Assembly: GCF_001194135.2 (NCBI RefSeq)
Contig: NC_068984.1
Location: forward strand, 15,435,549 to 15,499,548
DNA: 64,000 nucleotides
Source: Octopus bimaculoides
Lineage: Eukaryota
Direction: 5' to 3'
Shown: positions 13,291 through 25,807 of the stretch, piece by piece
Numbering within the stretch: position 1 is the stretch's first letter
Layout of the letters: the number at the start of each line of letters is the position of its first letter
The notes under the pieces: model-generated
What the model saw: the letters and a program-made list of their open reading frames with translations, nothing else
What the model was told of the DNA's origin: nothing
The model's database searches: none
Program-made: the position numbers and the translations under genes

Positions 13291-14858
13291 ATGGTTCTTT
13301 TCAATTCAAAGCTTCATTGCTTCATCATTCAGAGATCAAATGCCAACAAACTTTGACAACTATAATGGTTTTGATATCAACTATATGACTCATAGAAGTT
13401 AAATTCTAGCTGGCTTTAGTAAAAGCTATATTTTGATCTCAGAGCCTTGATACTAAATATTCCAAAAGACAAATTTGTGCCACACACAAACACATTAAAA
13501 CAAGTTAGAAATTCTCAAGAACTGGGATTAGTTTTACTGCAATTAAATTTCATTTCAAAGTATTTTCATATTTCTCAAGGTCAGGAAGGCCAATGCAGAA
13601 GAAATGCAACAAACATGGATTTTATTTTTCTCAAGGATTTCTTTTTTAATATTATTTCTTACACTAAGGATTTCTTTAAAGGAAATGTGATTGTGGAGTA
13701 GGTACGTAACTTTTTCCCCTTTATAATAGGAAGAATAGAGAGAACTTAAAAAGAATAATTTTTATCTAAATAAACAAATGTTGATTTTAAGCACGAGTAC
13801 AGTCTGATATTTTATTAGCAGAAGCTTAAGATGTTGCAGACCATATTTTACCATGAAAAATAACAAATTGTGTACAATCAGTAATCAAAATTGAGTGATT
13901 CATTGACTTTGCTAAAAGCCTACCTGTCTTCTATGCTACCCATCCAATACAATAATATTAGCCCTAAACTACAGCGATTCGAAACAATGGGGAAACTCAC
14001 TTTATTTGAAAATCAATAGCTACACAAAACAATCTATCTCAATAGTGGACATTTATTTGTCTATTGTTTGCTTTTCAATCTGTTGCAGCATTCATTTTTG
14101 AGATTGGCGCCAGAAAGTGCCAGATTTATAACGGTAACCCACCACAAGGATTAAATTAAAATTTGAAACATTCGAACAAAAAATTAACCAGATGTGCCAC
14201 AGAAAAAATTATGTGGGGCATGAGCCATCATTAGAAAAAAAGAAATTACTTTATTAATCAAATGAAAGCAGTAGTTGCTTAAAATCAGTGCAAGATAAAA
14301 TATGTTTTCTTCCCAACCCAACACACATTCATTCATTCATGCACACACACAATCTCTCTCTCATTTCCTTAAAACCCTAACTATAAGTCTCAGTTGCTAT
14401 TTGGAAAACTTGCAAAAAATTAACATCATGAATAATGCACAAGATAACTTGAGGATCTTGTAAGACAACAATGCCATTAATTCATTTCTCACACAGAAAA
14501 ATTTATCTAAATTTAGTGAATTTAAGCATTGTTACATATCTTCAAACCTCATCCTATCAACCAAGTAATGTTAAACAGATAACCTTTTACACATTTAATA
14601 CTTCCCTTCTAAACTACTCTAGGTCACACCCACATAATATAGGGTACACTGAGAATATTTATACATTAAGTAGCCTAGGAAGCAGACGCAAGCTAATTTG
14701 TATAGTAGCAAAATGAGATATTAAAAGTACTGCTACTTTAGCACTAGCTTTTTAACAAGCTACACCTATATCCGATTCTTCAAGTAATGGCAATCTTTAC
14801 ACGTATGGAAACAACAAAGATCATATTATGTTTTAAGGTAATACAAGCAAAATAGTAA

Positions 14859-14915
<57 letters not shown>

Positions 14916-17899
14916 GACACATCTTTACATTTATATCTGTTTGTTTTTATATTGAGTTATAATAAAATCAATTAAACAAAAGAATTACTCAATACTTTTT
15001 GTACAGTATCAATTTATTTTACAAGAAGTAGAGTAACAGTGAATTCAAAGTTTCAATCTGGAAGCCTTCAAATAGATAGTCCAAACTAAGGCTGGCAGGC
15101 CAAAACATAGAAGTGATTGACACCTCTTTTCTTATAAAAGTGTTAAATATATACTTGAATTAAGAATGACAACTATATTTAAATGAATTTCTTTTTCAAT
15201 CATTCTAATATTTGTTACTCGAAGAAAGCGATAATAAACTTTAGAGTGTTTAACACCTTTCCACATAAATAAAAACAAAAACTAGTGATTAAGTTTACAT
15301 GGATGATATACATACTTAAATAATATCTGGGTGAATATTGCAGAGCAAGAAACAAATTCTAGCAAGTTGTGTTTATGATTCACTTTTGATTCCCAGTTTA
15401 ATGACATTTCATCTCACTTATGCCACTAATGCCCTTGGGAAAGGTATGTCACAATTTCTCTTTCTCTACACCCTTGAAATGTAGGGCAGCTGTGCCTAAT
15501 CAAAAAGAAACCAATATTTAAATAACCTGAACTGAAATTGAAACAATTCAAGCCATTTGATAAGTTAAAAACTATAATAAACAAGTCTAGCTATAGTTTA
15601 CGATAAAAACATTAGGCATAAGCTTGTGTAGTTAACTATCTTGGAGAAGATACTTTAATAGTAGCCAGACAGTAAAGGCCGTAATCTTATACTAGTGTTT
15701 ATAAGAATAGCAGAATAGCAGATAAGTGGAGCAAGTAGAAACATAGGAATTCAAGAAAATGAAGTTTCTAGGATAGATTGCAAAGTTGTAATCACAAGAA
15801 CTAACATCATCCACCAGCACCAAAACATCAATTAAATAAAATTTTAATATTTTGGTTTTACCAAAGTGTACTAGACTGAAATAAGTACCGGAATTTATAA
15901 TTGACTAAACTATGGAAGGCAGTAGTGCAATCTCTAAGACTGAAATTTGTAAATGAATACTTCTAAAAAGTTTTGTCCATACTTGGAAATTGTTATCAAT
16001 AACATTGTAACCTTAATGTAATCAACACTAATAACACCTCAAGTCCAACGTTAACACACTGAGAGAAAAGCAATAACCATAACAAAGAAAGTAATAATGA
16101 CCGTGACAATACTATTCCACTAAATTACTGAAAGTATAAACAAACATGAAAAAAGATTCCAAACTAAAATGTTTCAAGATCTCGTGAGAAAGCAAAGAAA
16201 GGTAGAACAACAAGATGCTGGTGACTCCAATCAAAACAGACAATTGCACACCTGCTTTCAAGAGGAGTAAAGAGGGAAAGTTAAGAGAAGAATTCGAAAA
16301 CAGTTTTAATTGAACTTTTTTCAATTTCAGAAGGGGTGGGAGGGGAAGGGGGGATATTATCGATTTCTTTTAATACGAAGGACTAATATTTTAAGGAATT
16401 AAGTGAAATCTAACTAGTATAAAGCAAACCTGATGAGATAACTATTCNNNNNNNNNNNNNNNNNNNNNNNNNNNNNNNNNNNNNNNNNNNNNNNNNNNNN
16501 NNNNNNNNNNNNNNNNNNNNNNNNNNNNNNNNNNNNNNNNNNNNNNNNNNNNNNNNNNNNNNNNNNNNNNNNNNNNNNNNNNNNNNNNNNNNNNNNNNNN
16601 NNNNNNNNNNNNNNNNNNNNNNNNNNNNNNNNNNNNNNNNNNNNNNNNNNNNNNNNNNNNNNNNAAATATGCTAACCCAACCATAGGCACCTCAGAAGCA
16701 CAATTGATTAAGAACATAGGAAAAGACAAATAATGTCCATGAAGCATCCCATATTATCTCACACACGCAAAACTTTTCTCTAGTGTTAAGACTATTGAAA
16801 TCTTTCTTCAAAATTAGTGATTGCCACACAACAAGGGAGCATCTTTTTTTTTTGTTTGCTTTTTAATTGCTCAAGTTATGTCAGCATGCTGTAAACTTGA
16901 TAAATAACCTAGTTTTATTATTTCTTTTTAATATGGACAGCTAATTAAAATATATTAGTAAATGAATTATTTTGCAGTTAATGAGCCAAAAACAATGTTA
17001 TGGACAATAATAACCAAATGCACAATCACTCATTCAAAAAAGCAAGACAAGTATTTTGCAACATTCCTTGTAAAGTTTCCTATGCATTGTATTCTTGCCA
17101 ATTAATGAAGTATTCCCTATTTTGGTAGATAACTCAGTCACAGTAGGCATCCCTAATTTGAACTTAGATGTTTCTTGGTTAATGTTATGGTTAGTTATGA
17201 AATTATACTTATAGCTGGGGACTTCGTACTTCCGTACGAGATTGTAGTTCATCTAGTGAAAGAGAAGCATTAAGATAATATACTTTTTCTTTTTTGTAAA
17301 CTATGTGCAAAAAGAAAAAATATTAATTTAAGCAACAAGGCATGAAAAAAAGCTAGCTAGCAATTATGAAAAATATGTGCAGAAAGCATAGCTAACAACA
17401 GTGAAAGATTAAAGCAGATATACAAATTTTTACAAAGCTAAAAATGGTAGAATGCAATGAAAATGTATACAGGTCTATATACATATATATATGTGGTCAA
17501 ATTATCCATCCCCCACCAAAAAATAAATAAATATAAAAAACATATAATAGTCGAAAATTAACAAATTACACTTTCAAATAATTTAATAGAAACTATCTTG
17601 ATTTATCAGAAATAAACTTGTAACTGTCATTGGGGCATGGAAATAGAAAAAGTTTTCAGTTGGAGGTAGGGGGTTATTGTCAGTTGAGAAGAAGGCAACC
17701 AGAACTTTTACATTCCCTTAGATACCATTTCAAAAATTTATCTAATATCACAGCTTATTCTAAGAAAGTTCATGAATCTAAAATATAGCAATGCACTCTT
17801 TTCAAACACACACACATGCAAACCACACACACACACACACAAACAGATCTTATAATTTTATTCAAAATTAAGTGAAACTTGAAAATATCCTATACCTAC

Positions 17900-18103
17900 C
17901 TTTTTTGATGAGTTAGTAGTTGATAGAGAAGTGTCGTTGTTGTTATTATTATTGATAGCAGTTATAGAATCTGTAGTTGTTGAAGTAGTGGTTGTAGTGG
18001 TAGCAGTAATAGAGTTATTATTTAGAGATGTAGTCGGGCTATCCGTAGAAGAAGTAGGCATATTTGCCCATTCTTTGTATGCCGTAAGGACATCAACTTT
18101 CAT
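17900..18103 (-). CDS. Candidate alternative N-terminal coding exon of CLK (Thr/Ser/Asn-rich, RS-less isoform)
   Basis: ATG at 18103 gives MKVDVLTAYKEWANMPTSSTDSPTT...SSKK (68 codons), ending AAG|gtaggt in phase 0, which fits the 7886 exon. Candidate acceptor attttttcag at 18173-18174. CpGs are retained locally. Confidence 0.65.
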
Positions 18104-18835
18104 TTTATACAAAAATTCCACATCTGTGACTACGAAATTCTTTCAGCAAGTATAATGTATTCCAACAACTAACTGAAAAAATGTTTTCTTTCTTTTCTTT
18201 TTTTTTTCGATAAGTTTTATTTTGTCCTTCCTAAATATATGGAACCACAGTAACCCAAAATAGGAATAACTGTTGAACAGTACTCAAAAGGCAAAATAAA
18301 CGGAGAGAATGTGTGTGTACATGTACATATGTTTGTGAATGTAAGGGCCAGCATGCAGATGTTCCAAAAGGAAATAGAAGGGGAGGGGGGCAGCTTCCTG
18401 AACAGATGAAAATTAAGTTTCTTATTGCCCCCTCCTCCACTGGTTAATGGAGTTTCTTATAAGTTCTACAGTCTTGACTGGGCAAGAGGCAAAGATAGAC
18501 TGGTAGCAAGTGAGGTAGCTAGCTTAGTCGATTCAGGCACTATTAGAATTGCAGAACACCAATAATTCTCTGCTAAAACAGGAGGGGGCACAAAAGACTA
18601 AAAAGTTGGTGAAACACATACATACACATACATACAAAGAGAGGCAGTAATAGACACTCCCATTGCATATACACTCACTCACTCTCTTTCTCTCTCAAGT
18701 GTAAATGTATATTTAGTAGTCAGCCCTGGTATCAGCTTGAATTTCATCCCTTATCACAAACATGTGCTACTGATGCTGGATAGAAGCTCCATAACCTTTA
18801 GTGAGCCAACCTAAAGTCTACATTCCACCACAAGC

Positions 18836-18856
18836 CGAGCGACTGATATGACGCAG
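18836..18856 (-). promoter_or_regulatory. Candidate internal promoter (Inr-like TCAGTC with adjacent TGACGCA CRE-like site)
   Basis: Minus strand reads ctgcgtcatatcagtcgctcgg. It is a CpG cluster inside a CpG-poor intron, about 160 nt upstream of AGA|gtgagt donors at 18682/18678. Confidence 0.35.
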
Positions 18857-20675
18857 AAAGAATTCACTTTTTTTTTCTACTCTATGCTGCCAGCATGATT
18901 TTGAAAAATATTGGTATTTGGCCCTAAAAGAAACAATTTCTCCAGGATTCAATACTTTCTTGGGACACAATTGGAATAGTAAGAGGTAAAATAAACTAAT
19001 TTTATGAATTTCTTTTCAACTTAATAAGATTTAAATGCCATTTTTCCTTCTGGAACAAGTCTTTACAATTACTCTAAATGCATTAATAAATTCGTTAACC
19101 TTGATCGTATTTAATTTTTTGATAAGTTAATACATCAAGTGTAATAAAAAAAAAAGTTATTTTAAATAAATGTTATTATCACAGCTGGATTTTGTTCGTA
19201 CCAAATACAGTTGCATAGACTTAGTACCAGGCAGCAATTTCAATATGGGATATATTGGCATTATTCTATAAAATATCACAGGATATCTATTTTAATTATT
19301 AAAAACATGGATGGTTTACAAGTTATTAGTTTTTAAGTCACCAAGAAAATCTATGAAAAGTCATTAAAATATAAATCATAATTACATCATGATATTTGAT
19401 AATATTTTGTAAATATGGTATTGAAATTAATGAACATTGCACATAAATCGGTTTGCTTGTTTCAAATGTAATGAATGTCAAAAAGATATGAACTACAAGA
19501 TATTTTACTATGAATAGTAAATAAAATGAAGATTAATTACTAAGCAAAAGATAAGATTATTTTTTCCCTAGAATAAGACAACCAAATAGAAACAGAAAAA
19601 TTAGAAGTCAATAAAACAAAGACAGAAATGTTGTTATCTAAAATAGCTATAAAAATTTAAACGAATTTAAAGACTTGTTGACAATAACAAAAGTTGAAAG
19701 CTAAAGAAAATATTCAATATCTACCGAAATGTATCAGTTAATTCAAAAAGAGAATTAAGAAATGCTTTTTGGCAAAGGGATAAGTAAGTGTTATTAAAAA
19801 TAATAGACATAATTTTAATTAAAAACAAAGAATTTTTAAAATAGTGTTTTTTTTTTTTNNNNNNNNNNTTTTTTGGAAGGGAACAGCAAATTATTTCAGT
19901 TCTATCTTAAAACATTAACCAAAATTTTATCATCACACAGCTAAAGAAGAAAATAATTAACAGGAACTAGATTGGTAAATTTGGTGAAGAGTATTGAAAG
20001 TTTTTCAAAACACAAGGACAAAATGCCACCATAATTGTTGTCAATTTTGTAGCTACTGTCACTGAAATTTCGAAGCAAATGGAAGACAATGGGTGGCTTA
20101 TCAGGGAAAATGCCACCATATACATTGCTTGATTTGATCGGTTGTTCACAGTAGCTGCAGCCTGATAACCAGTTGTTGCAGTCTTTTATGCAGCCATGTT
20201 TCAGGTCAATGGCTCTCCCACATATAAAGCAGTTCTGTAAATTGATGTTAAAAGAGAAAATGCAATCAAGCTCTACCACCATCATTGGATGGTGGTGTGC
20301 TGTTGCAGCTGTAGGACAACAAAAGCTTTAATACTGATACCGTTGACCCCTTAGCTGATTCAGGCAAATAAAATCAGTAGATCTCCAAATCCAAGTAAGT
20401 AGCTTTTTTCATCTCTTCCAAACACATACAGTCTGATCATTCTCTGAGGAAAGAGGAAAACATTACGCGAAAAGCCAGGAAGATGACAAGAGAGCTACAA
20501 AGCAAGTAGTTACAGAAGCAGCAGCTAGCCAGCCAACCAACCACTCTTACTACTACTACTACTACTATTACTACTACTACTGTTATCGTTAGTCCTACTA
20601 CCAATGTATTATGGTGGTTATTGACAAAGCAGACTACTGTAAATAAAGTAATGGTAGCTGCTGCTAAAATTTCTA

Positions 20676-20707
<32 letters not shown>

Positions 20708-22208
20708 ACTCCCACTACCATAGAATAAAGATGACATTGATGACTCCAAAATCAGCAGCTGCTAAAGGAAGTGAGAAAAGGCTGAAAAAACACTGGCATT
20801 CAAAATCCATAATCATTGCAACAAGAATTGTGTTGAATTTTTCACTGAAAATCAGAAATTTATCAAATTATTCAACTGAAACATCAAAAGTAAATATCAT
20901 TAATATTAAGTAGAGCAAAATAATATTACTATCATTCATGTTGATGCTGATTTCAATTGTAAGACATTTTAATAGCAATTCTTATTAATCAATGAACTGA
21001 GAAGAAAAAAACAGTCAGAAATCATTTTTTTTTTTTTTTATTATTGAAAATAGACAACAATTGAAACTAGAAAAGGATAGTTAATTAAGCTTAATATCAT
21101 ATTGAAAGGATAATTATCAATAACTGATGAAGAGAAAATTTAAAAAGCTGATCCCCATTTATCTGAGAAAGTGTCATTTGAAGTAAAGAGCAAGGAATAA
21201 TGTCTCTTGAATATATTTTTCCTTTTTTTTTTTTTTAATTTTAACTTTTTTTTATATATATTTTTTTAGTGAATATGAAGATGCATCTTACCTGCTCCCG
21301 TATATTTAGATAGTAGCAAGCAAACTTTAGCTTGCTACTATCATCATCCAGCACAGAGAAGTAAAAACAAAATGTTTATGACTTTTTTTTTTTTCTTTAA
21401 TTAAGACTCAAACCTAACAGACAAAGTCAGGTTTAAATCTTCGCATGCACCGCTTTCAATTAAATTAGGTAGATTCTCTTAGTCAGGCTAAATATATATA
21501 TATGTATATATATATTATAAATGTAGCCAGCATTGTAGAATTAAGAAACCAACAGAACTTTAAATCTAATAAAATAACACTAATTATTATTGTTCATTAT
21601 AAGAACTTTGCAATGGGGGTTTATATATAAAGGTTCTCAGAATACTTAGTGGGGTTGCTTACTTTATTAATTCTTACAGAATTGNNNNNNNNNNNNNNNN
21701 NNNNNNNNNNNNNNNNNNNNNNNNNNNNNNNNNNNNNNNNNNNNNNNNNNNNNNNNNNNNNNNNNNNNNNNNNNNNNNNNNNNNNNNNNNNNNNNNNNNN
21801 NNNNNNNNNNNNNNNNNNNNNNNNNNNNNNNNNNNNNNNNNNNNNNNNNNNNNNNNNNNNNNNNNNNNNNNNNNNNNNNNNNNNNNNNNNNNNNNNNNNN
21901 NNNNNNNNNNNNNNNNNNNNTTATTTTATGTTTTTTTTTCCTTTTGATTTTTTTTTTTTTTTTTTTTAAATCATTTTTAAGAATAAACTAGATTTTTAAT
22001 GAAATTAAAGTTGGAAATAGTAAATATCAGAAACATAGATTGCAGATGGGGACTGGACAGAGAATGAATATATAAAATAAATAGAAAAGGCTCTTAATAG
22101 TAAAGAGCCAAGGGAGCGGTTAGGGCCAAGGTAGAGTAAGATTTGTTTTCCTGATCAATGTCGATTACCTATAATAAATAATTGAAAATACCCAATAAGT
22201 CTACTCAC

Positions 22209-22455
22209 CCGACTTGACTGAGAACTGTAAGATGGCCGATGGTGCCGGTAGCTTCTACGATACTTCTTTCGCTTGTAAGATCTGCTATGGCCACTGCTTT
22301 CGTGTGAATGGTAATGACTGCTGTGATCAGAATCATGGTAGCTGTGGCGACTTGAATAATTTGTACGATCTGGACTATAGGAATTTTCATCAGAATGGGC
22401 CCTGTCACGATGATGATGATAATGATGATGGTGCCGTCTTCTTCTTCGATCAGGA
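22209..22455 (-). CDS. CLK2: CLK2/Doa RS/His-rich N-terminal exon
   Basis: ttttattccag|T CCT GAT CGA...AGT CGG|gtgagt encodes PDRRRRRHHHHYHHHRDRAHSDENSYSPDR...RPSYSSQSSR. 247 nt, phase 2 in and phase 0 out, matching both neighbouring exons. Confidence 0.94.
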
Positions 22456-25400
22456 CTGGAATAAAAGAAAAACAAGGTATATTTGGAGTTATTACAACTT
22501 TACAACATACAATCTTCTAGTTTTTAAGCTCCAATCCTTAAACTGCCTTGATCTTCCTCTTTTCCCTTTCAAGACCCCACATGTGCCCCCTTAACTCCCA
22601 TACCAGTGAATTTGCCCCAACTCTCAATTATAGCTCCATAATCACTTTAATTGCATCCACTCTGTCCATGTTGGCCATAAACTCTGTAATTACACTATAG
22701 AAATGAAATAGGGTGATGTCTGTGTGAGCACTCCTGGGGACACAATACCTAGAACATTTCCAAATCTATAGGCATACATTTCAATTCATCAGGCTACCAC
22801 TTTGTTTGTTGTACTATCTTACACCACGGACCTCACATTTGTAAACAGAAAGCAAAGTATTTCATATTCACCCTTAGTACTACTACTACTCAAAGAATTA
22901 ACATAACTTTTACAATGCTCTATTCATTATACACAACATTACATACAACAAACACAATTACAATCCTCTATTCATTCACTTTCTCCTTTTGGAGCCTGTT
23001 GGTTGCATGCACACATGCATGTGCTGCCACCTGCCTGCTTCTATGATCCTATCCCTTCACTTTATTAACACCTGATAATTCTCCTCTTTCCTTAGCTGTA
23101 CTTTTTTTTTCCCCCACATCCCAACCCATTGACTTCTTCCTGTTCCCATTTTCTTGTGGATGCATATTCGTTTGTACATACACACATACATGTATTTTAT
23201 ACACATCTATGTATAAATATATATAACAAACATACCATCCAGTATTTAATTCTATTAACTCTTTACCTGCTACAAGGCTTTATTTCAATATAATATTCAG
23301 AACTCTAAAGGAACAAAAAAGTTCAGGTCAGATTCAATTTTATCCATACATGAATTAAAATGCCACTAGGCTTGATTGCCTTTTATCCCTAGTGTCAATA
23401 AAATACTGTCATGTACTGTAATTGGATTGTTCTATAATATAATCCCATACCGCAAATTTGCGGTCTTGTGCCAATGAGAAAATCTTATAAGGTTATATAA
23501 AAATCACCCTTCTAGCATGTCATCACCCTGAAAACGTATAAAATTACAGACTAGAAAATAAAAGGTAAGTAGTTACTTTGTCTCTCTGTTTCAATTTATA
23601 CATTTCATGGTTTTAAAAATACAAGAAAAAATACATTTGCATCAGAGCTGTGTTTGTTTTGTTTTTCTTTTCTTTTCTTCATAGTTCTTTGACAGACGAA
23701 AATAAAATGACATTTCTTTAACTGCTCTATATTAATATAATTAGTCTGAGATTAAACCTCATTGGATAAAACAGCAATTGTCTTTATTAGCAATTAGTAA
23801 TTTACAGAAACAATGTAATATCTGCTCCAAATTTTGGGGACATTAATTATTTCGGCAGCAATTTATTTAAAAGACTGCTAAGCAATTTTAAAATGCAAAG
23901 AAATATTTGGTAAATATTATCAAGTTTCCCATGTTATTTAAAATGATAGAAACAATAGAAGAGCTATTAAGGAGGTTGCAAAGATATAATGCTTATACTA
24001 AGACATGGTATCAGAGATTGTATTTATGGTACAATATATGAAAGAATGATATTTCACAAGGAAGAAAGAGTATTTTATATCGTTTATTATGACCCACCTC
24101 ACTCACTGTCTCCAAAACACAAAGAAATTAAAAGTAGAATCTAATTAGCATTGAGCTCAGTGCAAAGTTTAATGTCCATCAATCTAGCCCCCATAAGAAC
24201 TATGAAACAACAACTTTTGATATCGCAAAGGCTTAGGTAATGATGACAACAAAGACAGTAATGGGTGGCAGAGTCTACTAAAGTTTAACAGCAAAACAGA
24301 AATGGCTTTCCTCAATATTTTTGTGCATCTATTAGTGTTTATCTTCATGCTTAGCTGGTTTTTCTAGATAAACTTACACAGCAAACAACTAGTGGTGATG
24401 AACCGATAAGAGAACCCAATTTGTTAGAAATAACAGCTAAATACCCGTCTAATTACACTTTGCCATCTAAGAAAGGAAAAGACAGCGCTTAATATGGTCC
24501 TATATATTCCTAAAATGACGATGTCTACCAAATTGATCTACGTACCAGCAAGATAGCTCAGCAAAAAGAAAATAAATGGCAGTTTTTAGACAAAGCTGAT
24601 TTATAGGCATTAACATCAACATCATTTTTACATCCACTTTCCATATTGGCATGGATTGGAATGGACATTGTATGACCAAAACCAGTAGTTTCATTGAGAA
24701 ATGTGCATATGGATAATACTTTGACAAAGTAAATGCATAGGAGATCAGTCACCATTTGTGAAATACATCCAAACTAGAGATAAAAGGTCTTAGGAACTAA
24801 ATATCAGGTCCAGAAAACAGAACTAGCAATCAAAGTGTAGAAAAGAATGAGTGAAATACTTGGATTTTCCTATGAAACTGAATTTCTTTAGGAACTATAA
24901 ACTGAGTGTTAGTCACATGAAGGCAGCATTAGATAATGAAATGTGCCTCACCATTTTTATTTTTGGATTGTCAGGCTGATAGGAAGAAATTCCTCAATCT
25001 GTCAATAGCACCAAGTGTAAGCAGATTTCTTGCTTGTAAAGATCTAGGTTTTTGGCTGCTATTGACTTACAAATCAATCCACTTCAAAACTTTTACAATC
25101 TCACACAGCGATATCTACATAAGACACGACCATCTCCATGGATTTTCCAAGGATTAATGATGCACCAATCCAAAAGTTATTCCTAGTCCACAAGCAGATG
25201 TTGGATTGACCATCTTTTCCCAAAGGCAAGGCATCAAAATCACAGTGACTCTAGACTACATTTTCATAATTTTAATCATTTTACTTTGTCGACATAGGTT
25301 AAACACTATGCATCAATTCTTCTTGGTTCTATGTCATCTTTTATTTGAAGTACATGGCTTTTCCTTAAGTCTTTCACTACTACAGGTACTTTCCATACTC

Positions 25401-25769
25401 AGCATACACCATTTTTGTTTTTACTCAGATATTTTCCAACTGAGTCAGGTCTATATTCATGCAACTGCTTATGCTCAAAAGCTGGTAATTTCATGATAAG
25501 CAGCTCTTTAAACTTGCACTCTGGATTTCCTACAAATTAACGCATCAGATCCAATGGCTTGTATTTAGTTCACAGTAGGTTTTCAATATTCAGTACCAAT
25601 GTCTCACCACTGTGCAGTATCACACTCTTCACTGATGTTATAAGGTCTACATTTTGTACTAAGGGAAACACTCTTTGTCACTAACTAAAGTAGTGGTGCC
25701 CTGAAGTTCTTTCACTATTTTACTCTACTTATACTTTCACTAAAACCATCTCTAGCGCTGATTACTCAC

Positions 25770-25807
25770 CCATTTAAAATAATATATATGCTATCTACCA
25801 AAGCCAT
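25770..25807 (-). CDS. Candidate short alternative first coding exon (MALVDSIYIILNG)
   Basis: caagATGG in strong Kozak context, then 12 codons + GG, then |gtgagt. Phase 2 is compatible with the 22455 exon. Confidence 0.35.

Noticed and set aside
20437-20721. Val/Ala-rich hydrophobic ORF resembling a membrane protein
   Set aside because: Produced by (ACT)n/(GCT)n trinucleotide repeats.
21260-21350. Possible C/D snoRNA (UGAUGA box on the minus strand)
   Set aside because: No downstream CUGA D box or terminal stem.
22214-22594. 126-aa plus-strand ORF (MTENCKMADG...)
   Set aside because: It is the antisense shadow of the CLK RS exon, with no independent support.
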